64,000 nt of DNA from Polyangiales bacterium (lineage in GTDB: Bacteria > Myxococcota_A > Polyangia > Polyangiales > Ga0077539). Below, one piece after another: positions 51,666 through 61,259 of this stretch (within the stretch, counting starts at the first letter, position 1; each line of letters begins with the position of its first letter). The position numbers were made by a program, and so were the translations under genes. The stretch is taken from assembly GCA_044229975.1 (NCBI GenBank), contig JBGARZ010000018.1:1-64000 (forward strand), given 5' to 3'. The notes under the pieces were generated by a model. That model ran no database searches. It was given only the letters and a program-made list of their open reading frames with translations, and was not told where the DNA came from.

Positions 51666-52250
51666 TCAGATGCTGACGCCTGTCTCCAGGTTCTTCGGAT
51701 TGAAGGTGTCGCAGGGCCACGGGCGCTCGGGGTCGCGCACCTTGTGAGCGTTGGCGTCGTCGATCTCGGCCGACAGGTCGCTCAGCGCCCGGTGGAAGCC
51801 GCGGAAGGCCTCGCGGCCCCGGCGGTGGGCATCGAAGACCCCTTCCGCTTCACCGACGCCCATGAGCCGGAGCATCCCGAGGCTGGTGAGCACCATCCCG
51901 AGCAGCCACTGCATCGACGACTTCACGTAGGCCGTCTCGGTGCCGGGGCGGATCTTCGTCGCCATGAAGGTCGGGTCGAGCACGTACTCGTGCATCGTAC
52001 CCACCGCCTCGTGCAGCCCCGTCACGCTCCAGACGAACTGCGCGATCACATCTACGATCGTCTCCGGCCACCGGCCCGTGAACTTCATCGTCGGCAGCGC
52101 CGTGTTGAGGTGGTTCCAGAAGCCGACGCTGTGCACGTCGTCCATGAGGGCATCGAGGGTGGCGTACCGGCCGATATAATCCACCACGAACGCGCGGACG
52201 ACGTCGTACGGCTTGAGCGCGTCGTGGCGCCGCACGCGAAGGTTGGTCAC
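51666..52250 (-). pseudogene. Lipoxygenase C-terminal fragment
   Basis: IAQFVWSVTGLHEAVG (iron-ligand His segment), LSDLSAEIDDAN, terminal NPKNLETGVSI ending in Ile; the N-terminal majority is absent. Confidence 0.75.
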
Positions 52251-52774
52251 CCGGCCGTCGTGAGGCTCGCGGCGATGTCCACCTCGACGCTCGGCCCCGG
52301 CCCGAGCGGAGAGATGCGGCCGATGCCAACCTCAATGCACGTGCGGAAGCGTGAGTCGGGGCTGTTGAGGACACGGACGGTGCCGAAGTGTCCGTCCGCG
52401 TCAACGACGATCCTGATCCGCACGTGGGCGGCACCGACGGCAGGGTTGATAAGCAGCAGGTTCTGCCAGCAGTTGCTGACGATGCGGTTCGCGTGGAAAG
52501 TGCGGATCGCGCGGTCACGCCGCTCCTGCTCTCGAAAGCAAGGCGACGTGGGAGGCCAGCGGAGCGCCCTTGGGGGGGGAGGGGGCCGAACGAGCCCCCA
52601 ATCGGGGATGCCGCGCGGATCGGCGACGGGTTCGGGGAGAGGCCGTCCGCAGCGTCGCATCGTCGCGGCATCAGGGCCGAGCTCCGGTCGAGGACGGCGC
52701 CGATGTTGGGCGCTGGCCACCTGTTCGGAGAGCGCCAACGCCAGCAACCCTGCGATCACTGCGCCGCGCCTCAT
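52247..52774 (-). CDS. Secreted AgmX/PglI C-terminal (TonB-C-like) domain protein
   Basis: PDAAT.RRCGRPLPEP, WPPTSPCFREQE and CWQN.L..NPAV shared with 17642..18190. Confidence 0.78.
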   Translation of the reverse strand: MRRGAVIAGLLALALSEQVASAQHRRRPRPELGPDAATMRRCGRPLPEPVADPRGIPDWGLVRPPPPPRALRWPPTSPCFREQERRDRAIRTFHANRIVSNCWQNLLLINPAVGAAHVRIRIVVDADGHFGTVRVLNSPDSRFRTCIEVGIGRISPLGPGPSVEVDIAASLTTAG

Positions 52775-52780
52775 GTCGCG

Positions 52781-52786
52781 ACGCTA
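52781..52786 (-). promoter_or_regulatory. -10-like hexamer TAGCGT
   Basis: 6 nt before ATG 52774. Confidence 0.6.
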
Positions 52787-52887
52787 CCAGAGCGCGGATG
52801 ACGGGAGCGGGCCACGTCGGTGCGACCCGACGTGTACTTCCACGAGCTCCCCTCCGCTTCTCAATCCAGCGCTACGGTTGGTGCTCC

Positions 52888-53115
52888 ATGAGCACCCGCC
52901 TCCGATGCTTCGCTGCACTCTCTTTGATCATGCACGCCGGCTGCTCCAGCGCGGGTGACGCCTCTGCCCCCACGTCGCAGCGTGTGACCTAAGTCGCGAT
53001 GGGCACCGCGCACGTCTGCGCGCTGCTCGATGACGGAAGCGTGCGCTGTTGCGGCCGCAACGACGCAGGGCAGTTCGGCGACGGCACCACGGTCGAGCGC
53101 ACGAGCGCGGGGGAT
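52888..53115 (+). pseudogene. RCC1-repeat lipoprotein N-terminal fragment
   Basis: [55 protein letters not shown], cut where repeat F begins. Confidence 0.8.
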
Positions 53116-53116
53116 C

Positions 53117-53231
53117 GGTAGACCAACCCGGTAGGCTCAGGAGCACCGCTCCGCTTGGGTCGACCGAACGCAGTTTCTCGCAGTTCCCCGTACCAGGACA
53201 GCTCCTGGTAGCACCCGCAACGCCGCCCTGG
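53117..53231 (+). repeat. Dispersed junction repeat copy F
   Basis: ggtagaccaacc...gagcaccgctcc...cgcagttcccc...agcacccgcaacgccgccctgg. Confidence 0.8.
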
Positions 53232-53243
53232 CGAAGGCAACGA

Positions 53244-55880
53244 CTACGGGGCTGTGCAGCGGAGCGGGGCGCCGTCATCCGAGACGCCTGTAAGGCCCGC
53301 TGCGGTCGGGGCGACGACCGCGGAGTCCGCGCGCAGCACCCTGAGGCAGAGCGCGTCGCCATCGAGCGCATACTCCGCTCGGGCCGAGTCGCCGTGCTCG
53401 CGTCCGTCGAACGTCACGCCGGTCGTGAAGGTGAACGCACCGTGCGCCGATGGTCCGCACGCGACGTTCGAGGTGGACCGCGCCAGTACCCGCGGCGCCT
53501 CCCCCGGCGGGCCGCCGATCACTGACCCGTCCGACCGGGCGCGGGCGACGCCCGACCGACCGTCGAGGACGTAGATCCCCAGCGTGCCGAGCTCACGGCC
53601 GCACGTCGCCCAGTGCAACTGCGGCGCGGCGCCGGGCACGACCGCGAGGAAGCCCATCGAGCGGGGGGTCGGGTCGGTGCTGTAGTCCGAGGGGACCACC
53701 AGGGCCGCCAGGTGCTCGCCGTCGCGCACCGTCAGGACGGACGGTAAGCGGTCGGACAGCGCCCACTCCGGGAAACCCTGCCTTCGCGGCGGCAGGTCCG
53801 CCGAGAACGTCACCAGCCCGACGGACGGGCCCTGCGGCCGCCCCCCCGTGATCTCCAGCACGCTCGCGCGGCGGGCGTCGGCGGACAGTACGGTCCACGA
53901 ACGATCCCCGATGGCGGGCATCTCCAAGCGGGCGCCCGCGCGGTACCACCACGAGCGCCCCTCGGGTCGGGTGGGTGTCGCGTCGCCGTTCAGCCAGAAC
54001 TCCACGCGCGCCCCATCCGGCCGGACCCAGTCGCGGCCCACGCGCCCAATGCTGATCGCCGCCTCGGGCCTCGGCCGACTTCGACCCGCCGTCCGCGAAC
54101 CGTCGTGCGTGCAGTGCCACGCGGGGCGCTCGGTCCACGCGGGGCGCTCGGGTTGACCGTCCCCGACCGAGCCGAAGCGCGTCGGTTGGATGGGCCCCCA
54201 GCCGATGACCTCCCCGGGGCCGAGGGTCGTACGGAGCGGCAACGGTCCGCACCCCACAACCGAGCCGGGCGACGACGCGGGAGCCCGCAGCTCGCTCACC
54301 CCCTCGGCGGAGTCCAACGGCCGCCAATCCTGGCCCGGCGCGGAGGCCCAGGTCACGTCGTCCTCGGCCTTCGCGAGCAGCAGACCGCTTCCTCCGCACG
54401 AGCGCACGGGTAGCGTCGGCGCGTCCGGGCGGCTCATCCACGGCAGCAGCGGCCGCTCGGCGAAGGTCTCCCCGGCCCGGCCTTCGAGCAGCCGCCGACC
54501 GTCGGCCCGGCCGGAACGCACCCACAGCCGCAAGCGGCCGTCGCGGTCGACCTCCGGCGCGCCTTCGAGGCGCAATCCGACCGCGGGCGGCGACGGAACG
54601 AGCCTCCGCGGGGCCGCATCCCCGGCGATGAACTCGACGTGCGAGAGCCACTCGCGGCCGTCCACCAGCACCCGCGTCTCGCCGTCGTAGCCCGCCAGTC
54701 GCCAGCGGCGCACCAGTGATCCGACGCTCGTCTCTCGCGGCGTCCCCTCCCCCGCACGCTCGCAGAACGCGCTGCCCGCCCCGCAAGTGGCGCCCTGGGT
54801 GCAGCGCCCCGAGCAGCTCACCCGCGCGCCGTTCGCGCTCGCCGCGCAGCGCACCTCGTCGCCGCAGCCCCACGTCCGCATCCGCTCGCGCCAGGACGTT
54901 CCGTCGAAGGACCACAGCGCCGTCGCGCCGTCCTCGCCGCCGCACTCGACGTACGGCCGGTCGGCCGTGAAGACGCGCCGCGGGTCGCAGGGCAGGTCGG
55001 CCGCGCTGCCCGCCACCACCTCATCGCGCACGACGTCGTAGACCGCGGCGCGCGGCGGCGTGGCGCCCTCGTAGCGCACGAGCAGGCGCGTCTGCGAGGC
55101 GTCGACGAAGGCCATCGGCGCCCACTCCTGGCCCTGGCGGACGCGCTCGTAGAGGGCGTGAAAGTCCGCGCCCATCGCCCGCGTGCGCAGCGTCGGCAGC
55201 GACTCGCACGCGCACGGTTGCAGCGCGCCCGACTCGTCGAGCGAGCGGCACTCCGCGGCGCCGCGGACCCACCGCGCGGGCCCCACCGCCAGCACCGCCT
55301 CGGGGCGGTCGACGGCCAGCGAGCGCCAGTGCTGTCCGCCGTCGTCCGTGGCGAGCGCGAGGCCGGGTTCGAGGAGGGCGATGCCGTGGGCGTCGTCGCC
55401 GAAGGCCACCTCGAGCACGACCCCATCGGGCAGTCCGATGTCCGTCGCGGTGCCGTCGCGGAGGAGCACCGGGCGGCCCGTTCCGAGGCCCAGGGTCGAC
55501 CCGACGGGTGCGCGGACGAGCTCGCGCAGCGGGCCGAGGTACGTCGCGGACTCCCAGCGCGCCGTGCGCCCCGCGAAGATCCAGCGGCCGTCGTGCTCCC
55601 ACGCCCCCTGCACCGGCGCCGCGAACCATCCGTCCGCCGCGCGGAGGTCGTCGCCCCGCAGCTCGACGCGCACCCCGCGAACGATCGCGCGGCGCGGGTC
55701 GCCGTGCTCGTCCACCCACCCGTCGGGCACGGCGTGGTAGCTGCGGTGGTAGACGCGCGCGATCGACGGCGGCGCCGCGTCGACGGTGGGCACGCTCCGA
55801 GCGGGCGACGCCGGACGGGTCGCGGGTCGCGCGCACGACGCGGCGGAGAGCAGGGCCGCGATCGGGAGGAGCACCTTCAT
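53244..55880 (-). CDS. Large lipoprotein, family L
   Basis: MKVLLPIAALLSAASC; EVAFGDD..G..LEPG..ATDDGGQHW; AEYALDGDALCLR; ATGA overlap with the upstream gene. Confidence 0.85.
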   Translation of the reverse strand: MKVLLPIAALLSAASCARPATRPASPARSVPTVDAAPPSIARVYHRSYHAVPDGWVDEHGDPRRAIVRGVRVELRGDDLRAADGWFAAPVQGAWEHDGRWIFAGRTARWESATYLGPLRELVRAPVGSTLGLGTGRPVLLRDGTATDIGLPDGVVLEVAFGDDAHGIALLEPGLALATDDGGQHWRSLAVDRPEAVLAVGPARWVRGAAECRSLDESGALQPCACESLPTLRTRAMGADFHALYERVRQGQEWAPMAFVDASQTRLLVRYEGATPPRAAVYDVVRDEVVAGSAADLPCDPRRVFTADRPYVECGGEDGATALWSFDGTSWRERMRTWGCGDEVRCAASANGARVSCSGRCTQGATCGAGSAFCERAGEGTPRETSVGSLVRRWRLAGYDGETRVLVDGREWLSHVEFIAGDAAPRRLVPSPPAVGLRLEGAPEVDRDGRLRLWVRSGRADGRRLLEGRAGETFAERPLLPWMSRPDAPTLPVRSCGGSGLLLAKAEDDVTWASAPGQDWRPLDSAEGVSELRAPASSPGSVVGCGPLPLRTTLGPGEVIGWGPIQPTRFGSVGDGQPERPAWTERPAWHCTHDGSRTAGRSRPRPEAAISIGRVGRDWVRPDGARVEFWLNGDATPTRPEGRSWWYRAGARLEMPAIGDRSWTVLSADARRASVLEITGGRPQGPSVGLVTFSADLPPRRQGFPEWALSDRLPSVLTVRDGEHLAALVVPSDYSTDPTPRSMGFLAVVPGAAPQLHWATCGRELGTLGIYVLDGRSGVARARSDGSVIGGPPGEAPRVLARSTSNVACGPSAHGAFTFTTGVTFDGREHGDSARAEYALDGDALCLRVLRADSAVVAPTAAGLTGVSDDGAPLRCTAP

Positions 55881-58765
55881 GGCAGGCGACACTCCAGCGC
55901 GTGGGCCGTGCGCCCCACCGTCGCGACGCCGCGCAGGGTTCCGTCCCCGGCGGCGGACACCACCGACGACGCGGCCGCGGAGCGCTGCTCGACGCCGCGC
56001 AGGCAGGTGCCGCTCGCGGAGGTCTCGACCACGAGGTCGACGCAGTCGTCCTCGGTGCGCGCGCCGAGCACGGGCGCATCGACGCGCACGACGACGCTCC
56101 AGGCGTCGGGTGCTGCGGGGGCGCGGCAGGGGACCAGCGGGGCGTCGCCGCGCCAGCGCACGCGGACGGGCTCGGCGTCGGGCGACGGCGCGACCGGGTA
56201 CACCGCGACCTCGGTGGGCGTTCCGTCCAACAGCCTCGCCGCGCCGCGCTGCGGGCCGCTCTCCGCGATCGCCCACCGCGCCGTCTCCGATCGGTCGTCG
56301 TGGTAGTTCCTCCGGTGATCAGGCTCCACGCTCCGGTGTCGGCGGCCGGCCCCGCCGGGCGAGACGTCGAACACGTCGGCCCGACCCATCCCTCCGGAGA
56401 GGAGCGTGAAGCCGTCGCCGTGCGCGCGCCGCGCCGCGCCGCCGAGGTCGCGCACCGGGAGCGTCGCGAGGTGCTCGACGTCGCCGGCCGCGGTGACCCG
56501 CAACAGCTCGCCGTCGGTGTGGTCCTCGCGGAAGGCGATCACGCTCGCAGCGCCGCGGTCGACGCCCAGCACCTCGATGCGCAGGGTCGCGAGGTCGACC
56601 TCGTTCCATTCGAGGGACGGGCCGTGCACGCTCGCCGCGCGACTCGCGGCGGCGTAAGGACCCTGCGCGTCGCGGCCGACCCAGGCGAAGCGCGCGGTCA
56701 GCCGACCGGAAGCGTCGCGCCAGGTCAGCGCGCGCAACGACCCCTCCAGGGTGTCGCCAGAGAAGAGGCGGGAGGCGCGACCCGCGGGCGCCGCCAACGC
56801 ACCGATGGGCGGCAGCGGTGGCAGCAGCGCGGACGGCGCGCATTGGAGGCGCGGCAGGGTTCCTTCGGCGAACCACGCGGCGCGCGGAGTCTCCGGGGCG
56901 GGCGCCGTCGGAGCGACGGCGAAGGCCAGCGCGGAAGGGTCGTCGATGGGTCCCCAGCCCGTGACGACGAGCCGGTCGTCGAGGACGCAGCGGGAGAGGG
57001 AGCAGCGCTCGGGGGCGGGGCGCCAGCGGTCGTCAAGGATGTCCGAGCGGTCCTGCTCGGTGGGATACACGCCGTCAACGGGGGACGGCAGCGCCTCCCA
57101 CGTCCGGCCGCCGTCGCGCGTCCGGCGGAGGACGGAGAACGAGCGCGACCACGCGTAGCCGTGCGACGGGTCGGCGAAGATCGCGCGCTCGACCCCGGCG
57201 GGCAGCGACACCCGCACCAGCGGATCGCCCGGCCGCCCCACGGCCACGTCGCTCAGCGCGCGGCCGGACCACTGCAACGCCATCACGACCCCGGGCCTCA
57301 TGCCCACGGTCACCTGCACTCCGTCAGGCACCGTCCACACGGGCGCCACCGGCAATGGCTCGTCGCCGCGCGCTGCGAGGTCAACCACCCCCAGTGACCC
57401 GCCGTCGCGCTGCACGATCGCCCGCCGGCCGAAGACGCCAACGAGATGCTCGTAGGGTTCGGCAAGGCGGCGCGTGCGGCCCTGCGGCGTGTTGCCGTCG
57501 ATCACGCAGAGCGCGGGCGGCGGTTGCGTCGGGACCTCTGCTTCGTCGTCCGACATCGGCTCACGGGGCTCGCAAGCGAAGGGCGCGACGGCGAAGTCGG
57601 CAATCTCCGAGGGGATCGCCCTCCGCACCGCGAACGGCGGGTCGCTCACCACGCGGCCGGTGCGGAGGTTGACGAACGAGTCCGCCGTCGACGTCGACCC
57701 GTGCGAGCCCGAGTGCGTGCATTCGAGATGGATCAGGTGGCCCGCGTTTCAGAGCGCGCAGCCGCTCATGTCGGTGGCGACGCGGCCGAGCACGCGCCCC
57801 GAGTCGGCGTCGAGCGAGACGAGCCCGCCCGAGGTACCGAAGACGATCGTTCCGTCGGGGCGCACGAGCCCGCCCAGCAGGTCGAGCCAGGCCGGGTCGC
57901 GCGCGGCGAGCAGCAGCCGGAGACCGCGATCGCCGCGGTCGTTGTTGTGTTCTTCTTCCCGCGCGACGGCCTCACGGTAGAGGCGGTCGTAGCGTTCGAC
58001 CTCGCCCGCGGGAAGGTCGGGCCGGCGCGACTCTTCGGACGCGCGCGCGAACACCTCGCAGCCCGGCAGGAGGGTGTACCAGGGCCCGGCGAGCACCTGG
58101 ATGAGCGGCCCCAACGTGAGCATGTGCGAGGCGCCGACGCCCCCGGTGGGCATGACCCGCCAATGCTCGCCGCCGTCGGCCGTGCAGCGGACCACGCCGC
58201 CGTCGGTGATGGCAGCGCCGTGGCGTTCGTCGACGAAGTACACCTGCTCGACGCGGTCGGGCCCGAGCCCGGTGATGCGGCCGAAGGGGCCGCCGTCGCT
58301 CATCCACGCGACGCGTTCGCGATCGACCAGCGCGACGCGACCCCGCTGCGGGCTCTGCGCGCCGTCGGAGCGGTAGTGCTGATAGAAATCTGGGAAGTCA
58401 CCGACGCGCCTCAGCGGCCCGAGGAAGTCCGCGGACGCGAGGCAGGCGCCGTCCGTCGCGACGTAGACCCAGCCATGCGCCACCCGAGCGCCGAAGGAGA
58501 TCGGGGCGGCGAGCTGCTCGCGGGCGGACTGGAACTCGTCGTCGCGGACCCGCACGCGCATCGTCCCGGCGACGAGGTCGGTGGTGCCGTCCTCCTCGCG
58601 ATGTAGCGACTGCGACGCCCCGACCGGGACCCACAACAAGCGGGTGGGCGCGAGCGCGACCGCGGCGACTGTCGGCGTGGTCGGACGCGTGCCGTGGCGG
58701 CATCCCGCGAGCGCACCCGCAACCGCCAGCGCCGTCCATGGAGGGAGTGACGAGACCCGCGGCAT
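55877..58765 (-). pseudogene. Large lipoprotein, family L, interrupted by one in-frame TGA at 57749-57751
   Basis: ORFs 57749..58810 and 55877..57652 are in frame and joined by 32 sense codons (GCAL*NAGHLIHLEC...); LAGC lipobox; TADGGEHW and TRDGGRTW. Confidence 0.8.
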
Positions 58766-58859
58766 GACTCCACCAGATACGACCGACGGGCGCCGCGAGT
58801 CGAGACGCAACGTCCCCGTTCAGGAGCTCACCGCGCGAACGGGTGTCGCATCTTCGTTG

Positions 58860-58865
58860 TACTCT
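58860..58865 (+). promoter_or_regulatory. -10-like hexamer TACTCT
   Basis: 6 nt before ATG 58872. Confidence 0.6.
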
Positions 58866-58871
58866 CCCCTG

Positions 58872-59360
58872 ATGCGCCCGGCTGTGGCCCTTCTCGTCGC
58901 CCTCTTCTCCGCCCCTGCGTTGGCGCAGCACGAATCGCCTGACCCGCTCTTCGATGCGTCCGCGGTGGACCCAGGACGAGAGTGGTCCTGCTACTCGCAG
59001 GGGACGCCGATGGACACGTCACAACCCGCGTCGCTCTGCGACGTGAGTCGCGGCGCCCGCTGTTTTCGCTCGCACCAGCGCTGCGGGAGCGAGCTCACCC
59101 GCCTGGTCGCGGGTCGCCTGCTGGTCGTGCTGATGTGCACGCAAAGCGTGCGGACGGCCCACTGCCTAAGCTTCGAGAACACACAGGGGACCGAGACCTG
59201 GTGCGCCCCGACTGCCCAATCGTGCCGTGCAACGCGTCGGCGATTGACGGGCGCCGCGCGAGAGCGACATGGCGCGCAGTGCCCCATGCGTCGGATCTCG
59301 CAGTGCCACGCGGTCGGGGACGTTGGCTCCCTTCCAGCCGAGGCCTCCGCGGCGCCGTGA
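58872..59360 (+). CDS. Small secreted Cys-rich protein; paralogue of 48753..49223
   Basis: MRPAVALLVALFSAPALAQHESPDPLF with conserved Cys spacing. Confidence 0.8.
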   Translation: MRPAVALLVALFSAPALAQHESPDPLFDASAVDPGREWSCYSQGTPMDTSQPASLCDVSRGARCFRSHQRCGSELTRLVAGRLLVVLMCTQSVRTAHCLSFENTQGTETWCAPTAQSCRATRRRLTGAARERHGAQCPMRRISQCHAVGDVGSLPAEASAAP

Positions 59361-59397
59361 GGCTCACCGCGCGAGCGGGTGCCGCGGGCACTCCACG

Positions 59398-59760
59398 GGG
59401 GGATGTACGACAGCGGTCGCACGCTCGTCGCCCGTGAAGGCGAGTTCATCACCGCGTTGTCCGTCGGCGCGGAGGGGTATCCAAGCGCCCCCTCGCGGGC
59501 GCGCGCCTTCGGCTTCCTCACGATCGCGCCCGGCGCCGCGCCGATGGCGCGCCGGGTGTCCCTCGACGCGTGGCTGCGGCCCAACGCCCGCCGCGGGACA
59601 CCTGTCCGAAGGCGACGACGGACAGGGTGCGGTGCTCGCGGCAGCTCCCGCGACGCGTCGGGTCGCGATGCGGCTCGACGCACCGTCGCTGGCCGAGGTT
59701 GAGTCACGACGCGGGGTGACCCGCAGAGGCCGAGGGCCGAGAGCGGGAGCGCGGTCGCGG
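59398..59760 (+). pseudogene. Internal fragment of family L
   Basis: AREGEFITALSV..RAFGFLTIAPGAAP versus VRDGEHLAALVV..RSMGFLAVVPGAAP in 53244..55880. Confidence 0.55.
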
Positions 59761-59800
59761 ACCTGAGCGACGCGACCCACTGCGATGGCCACGACGATAG

Positions 59801-59806
59801 TAGCCT
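59801..59806 (+). promoter_or_regulatory. -10-like hexamer TAGCCT
   Basis: 6 nt before ATG 59813. Confidence 0.6.
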
Positions 59807-59812
59807 CGCCTG

Positions 59813-60931
59813 ATGGTGGCGACGCGCCCTTTCCCCCCATGGATCGCGCTTCCAGTGCTCCTGGCGGCGTGCGGCGCTCGCACGGGGCTCCACGGCGAGC
59901 TCGCCGCGACCCCGCCCGTCGACGTGACCTCGTTCGACGTCCCCTCACCCGACGTCCCTTCGTTCGACATCCGCGTTCCCCTCCCCGACGCGGGCCTCGC
60001 CGACGACGCGTGCGCGCCCTTGAGCTATGCGCTGCCCGGGCGCCCGGCGCGCGTGGTGCTGCTGCTCGACCGCTCGGCGTCGATGCTCAACTACTTCCCC
60101 ACGACGGCGGGGCGGCGCACGCGTTTCCAGGGCCTCCTCTCCACGCTTCGCGGGGCCTTCGCGCGCTACGACGGCGCCTTCGAGGTCGGCGCGCTCCTCT
60201 TCCCCAACGCGGGCGAGTGCGCGGTGCGACCTCCCCTCGACCTCGCGCTCGGCGAGGGGAGCGCCGGGCGCGTCGCCGCGCTCTACGAGCGGCGCGGAAC
60301 GGAGATCGGCACGCCCACCCACGAGGCCGTCCGACTGGCCTTGTTGGCGCTCTCGGAGGGCCCCGCCGACGTGCCCCGGGCGATCCTCCTCGCGACCGAC
60401 GGCGGGCCCGTCTGCAACGACGCCCTCGACGGCAGCGACTGCCTCTGCACGAACAACGCGGTCACCTCGCGGGGCCCATGCGAGACGCGCTTCTGCCTCG
60501 ACGACACCCGCACGCTCGCGACGATCTCGGCGGCGCGCGAGGCGGGCGTCCCCACCTATGTCATCGGCCTCGACGACCCGCGCGACGCGGTGCTCCGCGA
60601 CACGCTCGACCGGATGGCCTCGGCCGGCGGGCGGCGCCGCGGCGGCGCGCTGGGGTACTACAGCGCGCGCTCGATGGAGGAGCTCGACGCGGCCTTCGAG
60701 TCGGTCCGCCGGACGCTCGCGCGCTGCACGCGGGTGCTCCCCGCGACGACGCGCGGCCCGGGCGCGCTGCGGGTGACGGTCGACGGGCGCGAGGTGGCGA
60801 GGGACCCGTCGCGCCGCGACGGGTGGGACTGGTCCGGGTCGGCGAGGTCCGAGGTGGTGCTGTACGGCGACGCCTGCGAGCGGACGACGGAGCGCTCGGA
60901 CGTGCGCGCGGAGACCTGCGCGACGCCCTGA
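59813..60931 (+). CDS. VWA-domain lipoprotein (CglB-like architecture)
   Basis: LLAAC lipobox; MIDAS residues LLLDRSASM, GTPT, LATDG; TYVIG. Confidence 0.88.
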   Translation: MVATRPFPPWIALPVLLAACGARTGLHGELAATPPVDVTSFDVPSPDVPSFDIRVPLPDAGLADDACAPLSYALPGRPARVVLLLDRSASMLNYFPTTAGRRTRFQGLLSTLRGAFARYDGAFEVGALLFPNAGECAVRPPLDLALGEGSAGRVAALYERRGTEIGTPTHEAVRLALLALSEGPADVPRAILLATDGGPVCNDALDGSDCLCTNNAVTSRGPCETRFCLDDTRTLATISAAREAGVPTYVIGLDDPRDAVLRDTLDRMASAGGRRRGGALGYYSARSMEELDAAFESVRRTLARCTRVLPATTRGPGALRVTVDGREVARDPSRRDGWDWSGSARSEVVLYGDACERTTERSDVRAETCATP

Positions 60932-61022
60932 GGTCGCGCCCGTCGCCGTTGTCGCGGAGGGAGGCGGCAGGTAGACCCACGGGCGGCCGTCGCGCGGCCG
61001 GTGGCAGTCTCGCGCCTTGGCC

Positions 61023-61259
61023 ATGCGCTCGCTGCCCTCTCTCGTCGCCGCGCTGTCCCTGAGCGGGTGCGCCTTTGGCGTGCGCGAGCGGCTCTGCTCG
61101 GGCTTCCCCTCAGCCGCCGGTCCCCTCCGTCGGTCGTGTGGGTGGACGATCGCTCCCGGAACGCGTTCGAACCCGCCGACGAACGCCACCTCGATCGCAC
61201 CATCGCCGACCCATAGATCCGCGGTCGCTCTCGTCCGTTCAACGAGCTCAACCCCATGA
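61023..61259 (+). CDS. Small putative lipoprotein, possibly degenerate
   Basis: LSLSGC lipobox; ATGA overlap with the next gene. Confidence 0.35.
   Translation: MRSLPSLVAALSLSGCAFGVRERLCSGFPSAAGPLRRSCGWTIAPGTRSNPPTNATSIAPSPTHRSAVALVRSTSSTP

Noticed and set aside
9548..53231. Junction repeat as a CRISPR repeat or classical attC
   Set aside because: Spacing is kilobases and irregular, copies are diverged, there are no RYYYAAC/GTTRRRY boxes at the ends, and no cas or intI gene
4473..57751. Stop-codon reassignment or selenocysteine as an explanation for in-frame stops
   Set aside because: TAA, TAG and TGA all occur, TAG and TGA end intact genes normally, and frameshifts co-occur; decay is simpler
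59638..59656. gcggcagctcccgcgacgc resembling the repeat core
   Set aside because: Lies within a coding remnant and lacks the terminal CGCC(C/T)TGG and upstream similarity
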